Assembly (NCBI GenBank): GCA_965223335.1
Contig: OZ244991.1
Span: 986,130-1,050,129, forward strand
Source: Thermodesulfobacteriota bacterium
Lineage (GTDB): Bacteria; Desulfobacterota_D; UBA1144; Nemesobacterales; UBA2774
Reading direction: 5' to 3'
Length of the DNA stretch: 64,000 bases
The number at the start of each line of letters is the position of its first letter. Position 1 is the first letter of the stretch. Under the pieces are notes generated by a model. The model did not search any database. It saw nothing but the letters and a program-made list of their open reading frames with translations, and was not told the DNA's origin. Shown here one piece after another: positions 9,624 through 18,189 of this stretch. The position numbers and the translations under genes are program-made.

Positions 9624-10883
9624 TTAATTTCCAGCGGTGTTTTCTCCCCGCTCGATGTTTACTCTGCTTAAAATAACTGCACCAACTACAAAAAACACAA
9701 TCAAAGATACTATGCTTAGTCTGCTGTTTCCCGTTTGGTCTGCAACAATCGCAAATACAAGCGGCCCCACAATTCCCGCAAATTTAGAGCTCGTGCCGTA
9801 AAAGCCGTAAAACTCAGCAGTTCTTTCCCGGGGCAGCATCCTGCTAAATAGTGAGCGGCTTAGAGCCTGGGTGCCTCCCTGCACCGTACCTACCAAAAAT
9901 GCAAGTATCCAAAAATGCGTGGCGGTCTCCATGTAGTACCCGCCCACAGATATAAGCGTGTAAACGACAAGCCCGAGCATAATCGAGTTTTTTGTGCCTA
10001 TGACACCTGCGAGTCGTCCGAATAGTAGTGAGAACGGAATACCCACGAACTGTGTCATCAATAGTGCACCGATAAGTGTGGTTTGGTCAATACCGATCTC
10101 AGAACCGTATATAGTGGCCATTTTTATAATTGTTCCGATCCCGTCGTTATAAATCCAAAACGCCACCAGAAAAAGTACCAGGTCGCGGTGCCGTGTAATT
10201 TCCCTAGCGGTTTTGTAAATCCTTTTAAACCCCTCGGTAAACGGGTTTATTGCAGAGGATTTAACACTTAGCCTGGGCTCCTTTATGTTTAGAATTAGAG
10301 GGATTGTGAACACTGCCCACCACACTGCCACAGTTACAAACGATAGCCTGACCGCAAGCCCCTTATCCTCCATTAACCTTATCATTGCCAGGTTAAGTGC
10401 AAGGACAATCCCCCCTCCCAAATATCCCAGTGCATAGCCCTTCGTGGACACCCTGTCTATCTCACCAGGTGCGGCAATATCGGGCAGTATGGCGTTATAA
10501 AACACCTCTGACATGGAAAACCCCACATGCCCCACCACAAACAACATCGATGCCACAAACCAGTCGCCTGTTTTAATGAAATAGAGTAGTGAGGTAGCAA
10601 ACACCCCGACCGCCGCAAAGAGCATTAGCAGTCTTTTTTTTATACCCATAAAGTCCGAAACAGCCCCCATCACAGGTGCGAGGAGTGCCGTGATAAGCAG
10701 GGCCACCGACACCGTATAGCCCCAGTACACAATAGCTTTGTTGCCCCCTAAAACAGAGCCAGCCACCTCGTTGTAGTACACCGGGAGCACAGCCGATATG
10801 ACCACTGTGGCAAAGGCCGAGTTACCCCAGTCATATAAACACCAGCTAAGCACTTCACGTCTGTTTTTACCGCCATTGTTCAT
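9624..10883 (-). CDS. MFS transporter (UMF1/Atg22-like family)
   Basis: 12-TM protein; N-terminal LSWCLYDWGNSAFATVV motif characteristic of the UMF1 family. Confidence 0.6.
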   Translation of the reverse strand: MNNGGKNRREVLSWCLYDWGNSAFATVVISAVLPVYYNEVAGSVLGGNKAIVYWGYTVSVALLITALLAPVMGAVSDFMGIKKRLLMLFAAVGVFATSLLYFIKTGDWFVASMLFVVGHVGFSMSEVFYNAILPDIAAPGEIDRVSTKGYALGYLGGGIVLALNLAMIRLMEDKGLAVRLSFVTVAVWWAVFTIPLILNIKEPRLSVKSSAINPFTEGFKRIYKTAREITRHRDLVLFLVAFWIYNDGIGTIIKMATIYGSEIGIDQTTLIGALLMTQFVGIPFSLLFGRLAGVIGTKNSIMLGLVVYTLISVGGYYMETATHFWILAFLVGTVQGGTQALSRSLFSRMLPRERTAEFYGFYGTSSKFAGIVGPLVFAIVADQTGNSRLSIVSLIVFFVVGAVILSRVNIERGENTAGN

Positions 10884-11111
10884 GGTTTTCTCTCAATCAG
10901 CATTAAAGAGTTAGGTTCTAGTATTTTCTCTTAAATGTCCAATATTTTGTAGGGGTTCGTTTATTTAGCTAAAAGTTAACTAAATGGTAATTATTACCAG
11001 ATGATAATCAATTGAAATAAATCGGTCTTTGTGCAATAATAAATATCTATATAAGAGTGTTTTCAAACCGGTTAGAAATAAAATAGTACCAAAGTTCAAA
11101 GGAGGTTGCAG

Positions 11112-11609
11112 ATGCTAAGTGACGAAGTTGGGGACGCAATCAATAATCAGATCAAAAACGAATACTACTCCTCATACCTATACCTTTCCATGGCGGCGCA
11201 CTGCGAGACAATCAACATGCAGGGGTTTGCCAGCTGGCTCCGACAGCAGAGTCAAGAGGAGCTTGCCCATGCCATGAGATTGTTCGATTTCGTCATAGAC
11301 AGAGAGGGCAGGGTTGTGCTCCACGCCATAGACAAGCCGCCTGTGGACTTCGGTTCTCTGGTAGAGATGTTCCAGAGCGTGTATGAGCACGAAAGGGAAG
11401 TTACAGGGATGATAAACAGCCTCTATGAGCTCGCAATCAATGAGAACGACCATGCCACCACAGTGGAGCTGCAGTGGTTCATACGCGAGCAGGTAGAAGA
11501 GGAAAAAAGCGCAAAAGACATTCTCGATAAACTCGAACTAGCCGGTGACAGCAGCTCTGCACTCCTAATCTTGGATCGTCAGCTCGCCGATCGAGGTAGC
11601 GCCGAGTAA
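11112..11609 (+). CDS. ferritin (non-heme ferritin-like diiron protein)
   Basis: INNQIKNEYYSSYLYLSMAAHCE...QSQEELAHAMRLFDF...EHEREVTGM ferroxidase-centre ligands. GGAGG RBS at 11101-11105 supports the ATG at 11112 over the TTG at 11106. Confidence 0.8.
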   Translation: MLSDEVGDAINNQIKNEYYSSYLYLSMAAHCETINMQGFASWLRQQSQEELAHAMRLFDFVIDREGRVVLHAIDKPPVDFGSLVEMFQSVYEHEREVTGMINSLYELAINENDHATTVELQWFIREQVEEEKSAKDILDKLELAGDSSSALLILDRQLADRGSAE

Positions 11610-11839
11610 CATTTGATAAGGGGCGTTTTAAGTTAACGAGCACAAGCCCAAAAGCACCCACTCGTGTAAGCCGCATCATTTTGGTATTAACTCCGAGTAA
11701 TCCAGCCGATTACCCTAAAAGGGCTATATCTTAATACTGTGTCGATCCAGCTACACACTTAACAGCAATAATATTTTGTGATGTAATCCCCCGTAACTGA
11801 TATATAATTAATATATTCGTTTAAGGAGCAAATGTAACG

Positions 11840-12739
11840 GTGCGAAAAAACTTCATACTGTACCTACTCTTAGTACTCGTTTTATTAATTATTCCAGGCC
11901 TAACGTTGCCAGGTGCTGCCGAGTCCGAGCAGGGCAACAAAAATTTTCTCTGGAAGGTAAGCAAAGGTGAGCACCACATATATATTTTGGGCTCCCTCCA
12001 TCTGCTTAGAAAAGACAACTATCCCCTTAGTGAGTCATTTGATATGGCTTATGAGGAGTCTGACAATATTGTTTTTGAAGTAGACCCGGGAGTGCTCAAG
12101 TTGCCCGAGACGACAAAGATGATGTTATCGAAGGCCACTTTGGAGGGCGATAAAACACTCAAGTCCACACTCTCGGACAAGTCATATGAGCTCACCAAGT
12201 CAAAGCTCGAAGCTCTCGGGCTAAATGTACTTATGCTAAACAAATCAAAGCCCTGGTTCGTCGCCATAACAACGGCTGTATATAAGCTAAAGAGCTTGGG
12301 TTTCGATGGCGAAAAGGGTGTTGAGACCTACTATTACGAGAAAGCAAACACAGACGGCAAGAAAGTACACAGCTTAGAGACTGCCGAGTTTCAAATTGAT
12401 TTACTCTCCGGGTTTCCGCCCGAGATACAGGAAAAACTCTTACTCCAGACCCTAAAGGACCTCGAGGTCATAGAGGACTATTTCGATTCCATAGTGTCTT
12501 CATGGGAATCGGGCAATACGCGCGAATTCGAGTCTATAGTCATGGATAGTTTCAAAGAGTATCCAACTATATACGAAAAATTAATCATCGATAGAAACGA
12601 CAACTGGCTACCTGTAATAGAGGGCTACCTCGACTCAGACCAAAAATATCTGGTGATTGTGGGTTCGGGCCACTTGGTGGGCAAAGACGGCATTATAAGG
12701 CGTCTCGAACAAAGGGGATATCAGATCGAACAGATGTAG
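11840..12739 (+). CDS. TraB/GumN family protein with signal peptide
   Basis: N-terminal signal peptide, then NFLWKVSKGEHHIYILGSLHL...VVGSGHLVG, the conserved TraB/GumN pattern. Confidence 0.65.
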   Translation: MRKNFILYLLLVLVLLIIPGLTLPGAAESEQGNKNFLWKVSKGEHHIYILGSLHLLRKDNYPLSESFDMAYEESDNIVFEVDPGVLKLPETTKMMLSKATLEGDKTLKSTLSDKSYELTKSKLEALGLNVLMLNKSKPWFVAITTAVYKLKSLGFDGEKGVETYYYEKANTDGKKVHSLETAEFQIDLLSGFPPEIQEKLLLQTLKDLEVIEDYFDSIVSSWESGNTREFESIVMDSFKEYPTIYEKLIIDRNDNWLPVIEGYLDSDQKYLVIVGSGHLVGKDGIIRRLEQRGYQIEQM

Positions 12740-12750
12740 ATCCTTATCAT

Positions 12751-13944
12751 CTATGAATCTTTTTTAGTCCTATTTTTGATGAGTGTTACGGTACTCCTTA
12801 TTTCCACTGTCGAGAACTCATTTAAATCCCTAGCAATTGACTTGTCCCAGCTTGGGTCCGAGAGCATAGAGGTAAGTCTTCGGGTATTAAGCAGCGACAC
12901 CTGGTCCCAATAGCCTTTACTCTTGATTAGATCTTCCAGTTTTGCTCTGTCTGGGTCTTTGCTATCTGGGAATTTAAGGTGCTCTTCTCTTTTTATCTTG
13001 GCGGTTTTGTCCGTACCGTACACCCTATCCACATTGTTCGTATCCGAGTACTCAATCAGTTTTGTTTTTGTGTCGTCTATTTTGTTTTCTATAGTTTTTT
13101 TTTGCGACTGAAGCGATGCCAGGGTGTCTACAAGGTTTGTTCCGGTCTCGGTGGGTTTGTCCTTCTCAGGCAGTTGTTCCACTATAAACTTATGCTTCCA
13201 CACGGGGCAGGTCTCTTGGTAAGAGCACCAATCACATAGTGCGGATTCATGGGGTTTATAGTCCTTGGCCGACTCAATCTCCTCTATCACGGCTATCTTC
13301 TCAGCCTTTAGAGCCTCAATCTCCTCAACGCAGCGTGTGGAAGTAATCTCTTTATTAAAGACCAGGTAGTGCCAGATGAGTTTAACGTCTTTTACGTCTT
13401 TCCACATGTTTCTTATGGCCAGTTCATATAGTGCAAGCTGTTTGTCCTCGTCTTTGTCCTTTTGTGAGGGCAGAGAGCCGTTGGTTTTGTAGTCGTGGAT
13501 CTCGTATGTGCCGTCCTCCGCAACCGCTATCCGGTCGATAAACCCTACAAGCGTCGAGCCCGATTCCCCGAGGGGCACGGTGACCTTTTTCTCTGTTGCC
13601 AGGGTTTTCGATTCGTCAAAAGGGTAGTGTGTTGAGTAGTACTGTTCGACACATACACGGCCCAGGTTCCTGTAGTCCCCCACCGACATATTAGCTCTCA
13701 CAATCTTAATCTCATCGTCCCATTTCGAGTCCCATTTCTTCTGGAAGTATTCAATTAAAGTGTCGAGTGGAATAACTTTTGCGCTGATTATTTTTTTATA
13801 TAGCAGCTCGAGAGCTTCGTGCACACGTGTTCCCATGAACTGTTCTATGGTTTTGAGCTCAGGGATTTTGTCTATGTACTTAAGTTTGTAACGATAGGGG
13901 CATCTTTTATAGGTCGATATCTTGGAGTAGGAATATAGTCCCAT
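12751..13944 (-). CDS. PD-(D/E)XK nuclease family protein (Cas4/RecB-like, with C-terminal Cys cluster)
   Basis: N-terminal YSYSKISTYKRCPYRYKLKYI and the IDRIA...YEIHDYKT PD-(D/E)XK core; C-terminal CDWCSYQETCPVW cysteines as in Cas4/AddB Fe-S nucleases. Confidence 0.6.
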   Translation of the reverse strand: MGLYSYSKISTYKRCPYRYKLKYIDKIPELKTIEQFMGTRVHEALELLYKKIISAKVIPLDTLIEYFQKKWDSKWDDEIKIVRANMSVGDYRNLGRVCVEQYYSTHYPFDESKTLATEKKVTVPLGESGSTLVGFIDRIAVAEDGTYEIHDYKTNGSLPSQKDKDEDKQLALYELAIRNMWKDVKDVKLIWHYLVFNKEITSTRCVEEIEALKAEKIAVIEEIESAKDYKPHESALCDWCSYQETCPVWKHKFIVEQLPEKDKPTETGTNLVDTLASLQSQKKTIENKIDDTKTKLIEYSDTNNVDRVYGTDKTAKIKREEHLKFPDSKDPDRAKLEDLIKSKGYWDQVSLLNTRRLTSMLSDPSWDKSIARDLNEFSTVEIRSTVTLIKNRTKKDS

Positions 13945-13978
13945 AATGTAATCGCTTCATGCTCAGAGCCTGGCGGCT

Positions 13979-16252
13979 TTAGGTATCACTCTCAATTACA
14001 TTATAAAGAACGCGGCTTAGCTGCTCAAGGTTATAGGGTTTTGCGACGCATGCCTTAAAACCCCATTTCTCATACTCGGCCATCACGCTGTCGTTCGAGT
14101 ACCCGCTCGACACTATGGCTTTTACGCCGGGGTCAATGGCAATCAGTTCCTTTATGGCATCGGTGCCGCCTATCTCACCCGGAACTGTAAGGTCGAGTAT
14201 AACAGCATCAAACTGTTTGTTTTCTTCCATGCTCCTTATATATATATCGATGGTTTCTCTGCCGTTTGTAGCAAAGCTCACTTCATAACCGAGAGTGGTA
14301 AGTGCTTTTTCCAAAAGAGTTCTTATCCCCACGTCGTCATCCATCACAAGTATTTGTCCCTTCCCGGCGATGTGAGTTTTTGATCCAAGCTGGTTCTCCG
14401 TACTCTCTGAGTCGGTAGCAGGAAGGTAAATATGAAAAGTAGTGCCTACGTTGGGTTCGGATTCAACCGAGATGTTACCGTCATGATTCTTAATGATAGA
14501 ATAGGTAGTTGCGAGCCCAAGACCGTTTCCGTCGGGTTTCGTAGTAAAATAGGGGTCAAATATTTTATGCATCACTTCCACATCGATCCCCACACCCTCG
14601 TCGGCAACGTTTAGTTCTATATAATCACCGGGTCTTAGACCTAGGTTGTTGTTATCGTCCAGCTGTTTGTTTTTGGCCTCTATTGTAATTATGCCCCCGT
14701 CGGGCATTGCCTGCTTTGAGTTAATGATCAGATTGTTGAGCACTTGGTTTATCTGGCCCTGGTCGACGTTTACGTTTTGAATACCCTCCTCTACACTGAT
14801 CTCGTACTTTATGTTCGATCCCCTCAGCACAAACTCTGTAGATTCCTCGAGTATGTTTTTAATTGAATAGGTCTTTTTGACAGGTACCCCGCCCTTTGCG
14901 AATGTAAGCAGCTGGTCTGTGAGGTCTTTAGCCCTTGACGAGGCCGCCTCTACGTCTCCCAGGATCTCTTGTACCTCCTCGGGGTCTCCGCAGATCTTGG
15001 CAAGCGAGACATTGCCAATAATCGTGGTAAGCAGGTTGTTAAAATCGTGCGCTATACCGCCTGCCAAAATACCGAGTGATTCCAATTTCTGCGATTTCAA
15101 CATCTCTTGCTCCATCTGTTTCCTATCGGTAATATCACGCGAGGTGATAACGGCATTGATCTCACCCGAGGCTGTTTTAAACGGCTGGCCCGAGCTCTCA
15201 AGCCACCTCCATGTCCCGTCTTTATGTAGGTACCTGAAGGTTATATGCCCCGAGCTCTCAAAATTGTGGAGGCCCGCAATACACTGGTTTATCACCGCCA
15301 GCTTATCATCGTTATGAATGTACTCGAATATGCTCCTTCCAATCAGGTCATCGGGTTCATAGCCGAGTATATCCTTGTGGTTTTGGCTCACATAGATAAA
15401 TATGCCGTCTACCGAAGTTTCGATTATCAGGTTATAGCTATGCTCCACAATGGCGTTGTATCTTGCTTCGTTTTCCTCAATAGTCTGCTGTGCCTGCCTG
15501 CGCGAGGTTATGTCGCGAAAGGTAAGTACGCTGCCGCTCAGTTTTCCGTGGTCGTCTCTAATCGGCGATGCGGTGTACTCTATGGGTATCTCGGTCTGGT
15601 TTTTTGTGATTAGTGTGGTGAAGTTGGTTTGTGGGCTTGGTTCTATTCCATATAGGTTTTCAGAGGCGCTGTGTGTAATATCGAGCATTTCATGCTTTAT
15701 CTTAAACACGTTTTGCAGCTCGTCCCCTACGGCGTCGGTCTCGGCCCAACCTGTGAGTTTCATGGCTGCGGGGTTTAAAAAAGTGATTGTCGAGCTGCTG
15801 TCAGTTGCTATAACCGCATCCGCCACACTGCCGAGTGTTGTGGATAATAGCCATTGCCTTTCTTTTAATTGTTTCTCAAAAGAGTGCTTGTAAAGGGCGA
15901 CATCAACTGCGGTGCAGAGCTCAACATCGTCAAACGGCTTGGTTATATAGCCGTGGGGGTCGGTTGATTTAGCACGCTCTAGGGTCTCGGGATCGGTATA
16001 AGACGTCACATAAATAATCGGCAGATCATATTGGGTGCGTATCTCTTGTGCAGTTTCAACCCCGTCCATCCCACGCTTAAGCCCTATGTCCATTATAACT
16101 AAATCAGGTGAGATACTGGGTATGATCCCCAGAGCTTCCTCGGCACTAGATGCAATATGAGTGTTGCGGTATCCGGGTTTTTTAAGTCTATCCTTAATGT
16201 CGTTTGCTATAAGCCTCTCATCTTCCACGATGAGAATGGTTTTATCTGACAT
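13979..16252 (-). CDS. hybrid sensor histidine kinase / response regulator (REC-PAS-PAS-HisKA-HATPase-REC)
   Basis: N-terminal receiver (ILIVEDERLIANDI...D at position ~55), two PAS blocks, H-box GIAHDFNNLLTTI, HATPase (DEGVGI...GNGLGL), C-terminal receiver (ILVMDDD...ILDLTVPG). Confidence 0.8.
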   Translation of the reverse strand: MSDKTILIVEDERLIANDIKDRLKKPGYRNTHIASSAEEALGIIPSISPDLVIMDIGLKRGMDGVETAQEIRTQYDLPIIYVTSYTDPETLERAKSTDPHGYITKPFDDVELCTAVDVALYKHSFEKQLKERQWLLSTTLGSVADAVIATDSSSTITFLNPAAMKLTGWAETDAVGDELQNVFKIKHEMLDITHSASENLYGIEPSPQTNFTTLITKNQTEIPIEYTASPIRDDHGKLSGSVLTFRDITSRRQAQQTIEENEARYNAIVEHSYNLIIETSVDGIFIYVSQNHKDILGYEPDDLIGRSIFEYIHNDDKLAVINQCIAGLHNFESSGHITFRYLHKDGTWRWLESSGQPFKTASGEINAVITSRDITDRKQMEQEMLKSQKLESLGILAGGIAHDFNNLLTTIIGNVSLAKICGDPEEVQEILGDVEAASSRAKDLTDQLLTFAKGGVPVKKTYSIKNILEESTEFVLRGSNIKYEISVEEGIQNVNVDQGQINQVLNNLIINSKQAMPDGGIITIEAKNKQLDDNNNLGLRPGDYIELNVADEGVGIDVEVMHKIFDPYFTTKPDGNGLGLATTYSIIKNHDGNISVESEPNVGTTFHIYLPATDSESTENQLGSKTHIAGKGQILVMDDDVGIRTLLEKALTTLGYEVSFATNGRETIDIYIRSMEENKQFDAVILDLTVPGEIGGTDAIKELIAIDPGVKAIVSSGYSNDSVMAEYEKWGFKACVAKPYNLEQLSRVLYNVIESDT

Positions 16253-16282
16253 TACCGAATTGCCATTCCCCTGTTTTATTTT

Positions 16283-16831
16283 TTACGTCAATACCCTAGT
16301 CACTTCTTTACCCAGATCCCTACTCTTGTAGGGTTTGACAACAAAGCCCTTGAATCCATCATTGGAGTATTTAGACATAACAGGGTTTTGGAAATAACCA
16401 CTCGACACAATAGCCTTTATGTCGGGGTTAATTTCCTTTAGGCACTTGATTGTCTCTTTGCCCCCCATTCCACCTGGCACTGTTAGGTCAAGTATAACCA
16501 GGTCTATCCCGTTACGCCTCTCATTGCTTTTTTTGTAGAGCTCAATCGCCTCTACACCGTCATTAGCGTATAGGGTATTATAACCCATACTTTTTAACAT
16601 CTCACCCGCTACATCGCATACCATATCTTCATCGTCCATCAAAAGAATTGTACCGCTGCCCTTATATTCATTATACGTCTGTTGCTCCGTATAGTTAAGT
16701 ACCCTTGGAGAAGCCTCTAGATAGATTGTACACTCGGCCCCCACACCGAGCTCTGAATCAACCGTATTATCATATGTATCCCACTTAGTTAACACTTTAT
16801 AATATTGCATAGAAGTGCAAAACCATGTCAT
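16283..16831 (-). CDS. receiver-domain protein preceded by a fragment of an HATPase tail (probable truncated paralog of the neighbouring hybrid kinase)
   Basis: Residues 60-182 are a REC domain closely similar to the C-terminal REC of the 13979-16252 protein. Residues ~30-45 (GAECTIYLEA) align with the end of an HATPase domain; no upstream kinase core is present. Confidence 0.5.
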   Translation of the reverse strand: MTWFCTSMQYYKVLTKWDTYDNTVDSELGVGAECTIYLEASPRVLNYTEQQTYNEYKGSGTILLMDDEDMVCDVAGEMLKSMGYNTLYANDGVEAIELYKKSNERRNGIDLVILDLTVPGGMGGKETIKCLKEINPDIKAIVSSGYFQNPVMSKYSNDGFKGFVVKPYKSRDLGKEVTRVLT

Positions 16832-17015
16832 TTATACTTAAAACTGATACCCATTTAGTGGTGTGTGTTTAAAGACGGAAAGATCAATGATTGTTAAATT
16901 ATATCTAGTGGTCTCCGGCACTATTTCAAGTCTATGACTTTGGTGTCGGGTACAGCTAAACTGAGCATTAATCAACGGCTTAATGCTGGTAAGGGCATCA
17001 GGGCATAGATATAAG

Positions 17016-17279
17016 CTACTTTTTTCCGAGCTTATTGAGTATCCCTGTTTTTTCCTGAGCTTGTCTCAGTTCCTCGCCGTAACCCATCTCTCCGATCCAT
17101 CTCTCAATCTCATTGTTTCGTAGCCGGCCGTAGACAACTGCCTCAAAGTTTTTAAAGTTCCACTCAAAGTTATCTTTGAAAGAGAGCCTCCAAAGTCCTC
17201 TCAGAGTTAGACCTTTATCATAGAGGGCCAGCGTGAAGGGATGAGTTACTTTATCGTTGGCTATAACACTTTGTCTCAT
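17016..17279 (-). CDS. hypothetical protein (87 aa), divergent from the XRE-S24 repressor
   Basis: ORF only; no recognisable motif. Confidence 0.3.
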   Translation of the reverse strand: MRQSVIANDKVTHPFTLALYDKGLTLRGLWRLSFKDNFEWNFKNFEAVVYGRLRNNEIERWIGEMGYGEELRQAQEKTGILNKLGKK

Positions 17280-17412
17280 AAAACTCCTTGAATTTTATGC
17301 CAACTCGGTGTAATAATTAAATGCTAGGCATATGCATAATCAGATTAACTATGCATTATTCTATGTTAACTAGCTAGATTTGTCAATAGGATATTCGTTA
17401 ATTAGTAAAAAC

Positions 17413-18141
17413 ATGCTGAACAAGAGACTGCGCTTGTTGATGGAAGAGAACAATCTATCTCAGGCTGACTTGGCTAAAAAACTAAATATCTCATCCGCTT
17501 ATGTATCGCAGTTGCTCTCGGGTACAAAGACCAATATAAGCCGTAAACTCGGGATAGCTATCTCCAATATTTTTAACGTTAACTACGATTGGATAAAGAG
17601 CGGCGAGGGCGAGATGCGAAATGACATCCAACTGCTCAATTACCAGAGGTACGGGTCCTCGCTTAGAGAAGCGGGGGTGGAGTTTGGCAGCAATACCGGA
17701 GGCACAACGAGCATATCCCCTATCATAAGCGAGATAAACGACGATTTTGTTAAGGTCAACGTGTATAAGGTTGTGTACACCGGCAAGCCCGACACAATAC
17801 CCGAGTTTCAACCAGTAGACACAATCGTCCTGCCCAAACGCATGTGCGGCCCCGATGTAATCTCGCTCAAAGTCTATGGGGACTCGATGGAGAAACTCAT
17901 TATGGACGGCTCCGTGATTTCCGTCGATATCAGACAGCGCGAACTTGTGGATAAAAAGATCTACTGCTTTAGGATTCCATGGGCCGGGATCATCATACGG
18001 ATGGTGCATACCGAGTTAGACGGTCTGGTACTAGAACCGTTTAACAACGAGTACGAGTCGATTACGTTTAAGTGGGATGAGTTCGATCCCGACTGTGTTG
18101 TGGGTCGGGTAATTTGTAATGTAATAAATGTCTTTAAGTAG
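17413..18141 (+). CDS. HTH-XRE / peptidase S24 (LexA/CI-like) transcriptional repressor
   Basis: N-terminal HTH (LSQADLAKKLNISSAYVSQLLSG) and C-terminal S24 LexA-like domain (LKVYGDSMEKLIMDGSVISVD...KIYCF). ATG at 17413 preferred over the TTG at 17380. Confidence 0.65.
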   Translation: MLNKRLRLLMEENNLSQADLAKKLNISSAYVSQLLSGTKTNISRKLGIAISNIFNVNYDWIKSGEGEMRNDIQLLNYQRYGSSLREAGVEFGSNTGGTTSISPIISEINDDFVKVNVYKVVYTGKPDTIPEFQPVDTIVLPKRMCGPDVISLKVYGDSMEKLIMDGSVISVDIRQRELVDKKIYCFRIPWAGIIIRMVHTELDGLVLEPFNNEYESITFKWDEFDPDCVVGRVICNVINVFK

Positions 18142-18189
18142 TAGCCCGGTCATCCCTCAGATAAATGTAATGCTTTGCTCGAATCCCTA

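Noticed and set aside
10990-11111. Fur box upstream of the ferritin gene
   Set aside because: The AATAATAAATATC segment resembles Fur half-sites only loosely and no 19-bp dyad is present; AT-richness alone could explain it.
17491-18009. 172-aa minus-strand ORF inside the XRE-S24 repressor gene
   Set aside because: Fully overlapped by a gene with clear HTH and S24 motifs; Ala/Gly/His-rich translation with no motif. A shadow ORF.
17016-18141. Prophage or integrative element around the XRE-S24 repressor
   Set aside because: No integrase, terminase, capsid or other phage-like genes and no att repeats within ±5 kb; the flanking genes are a kinase remnant and YifB.
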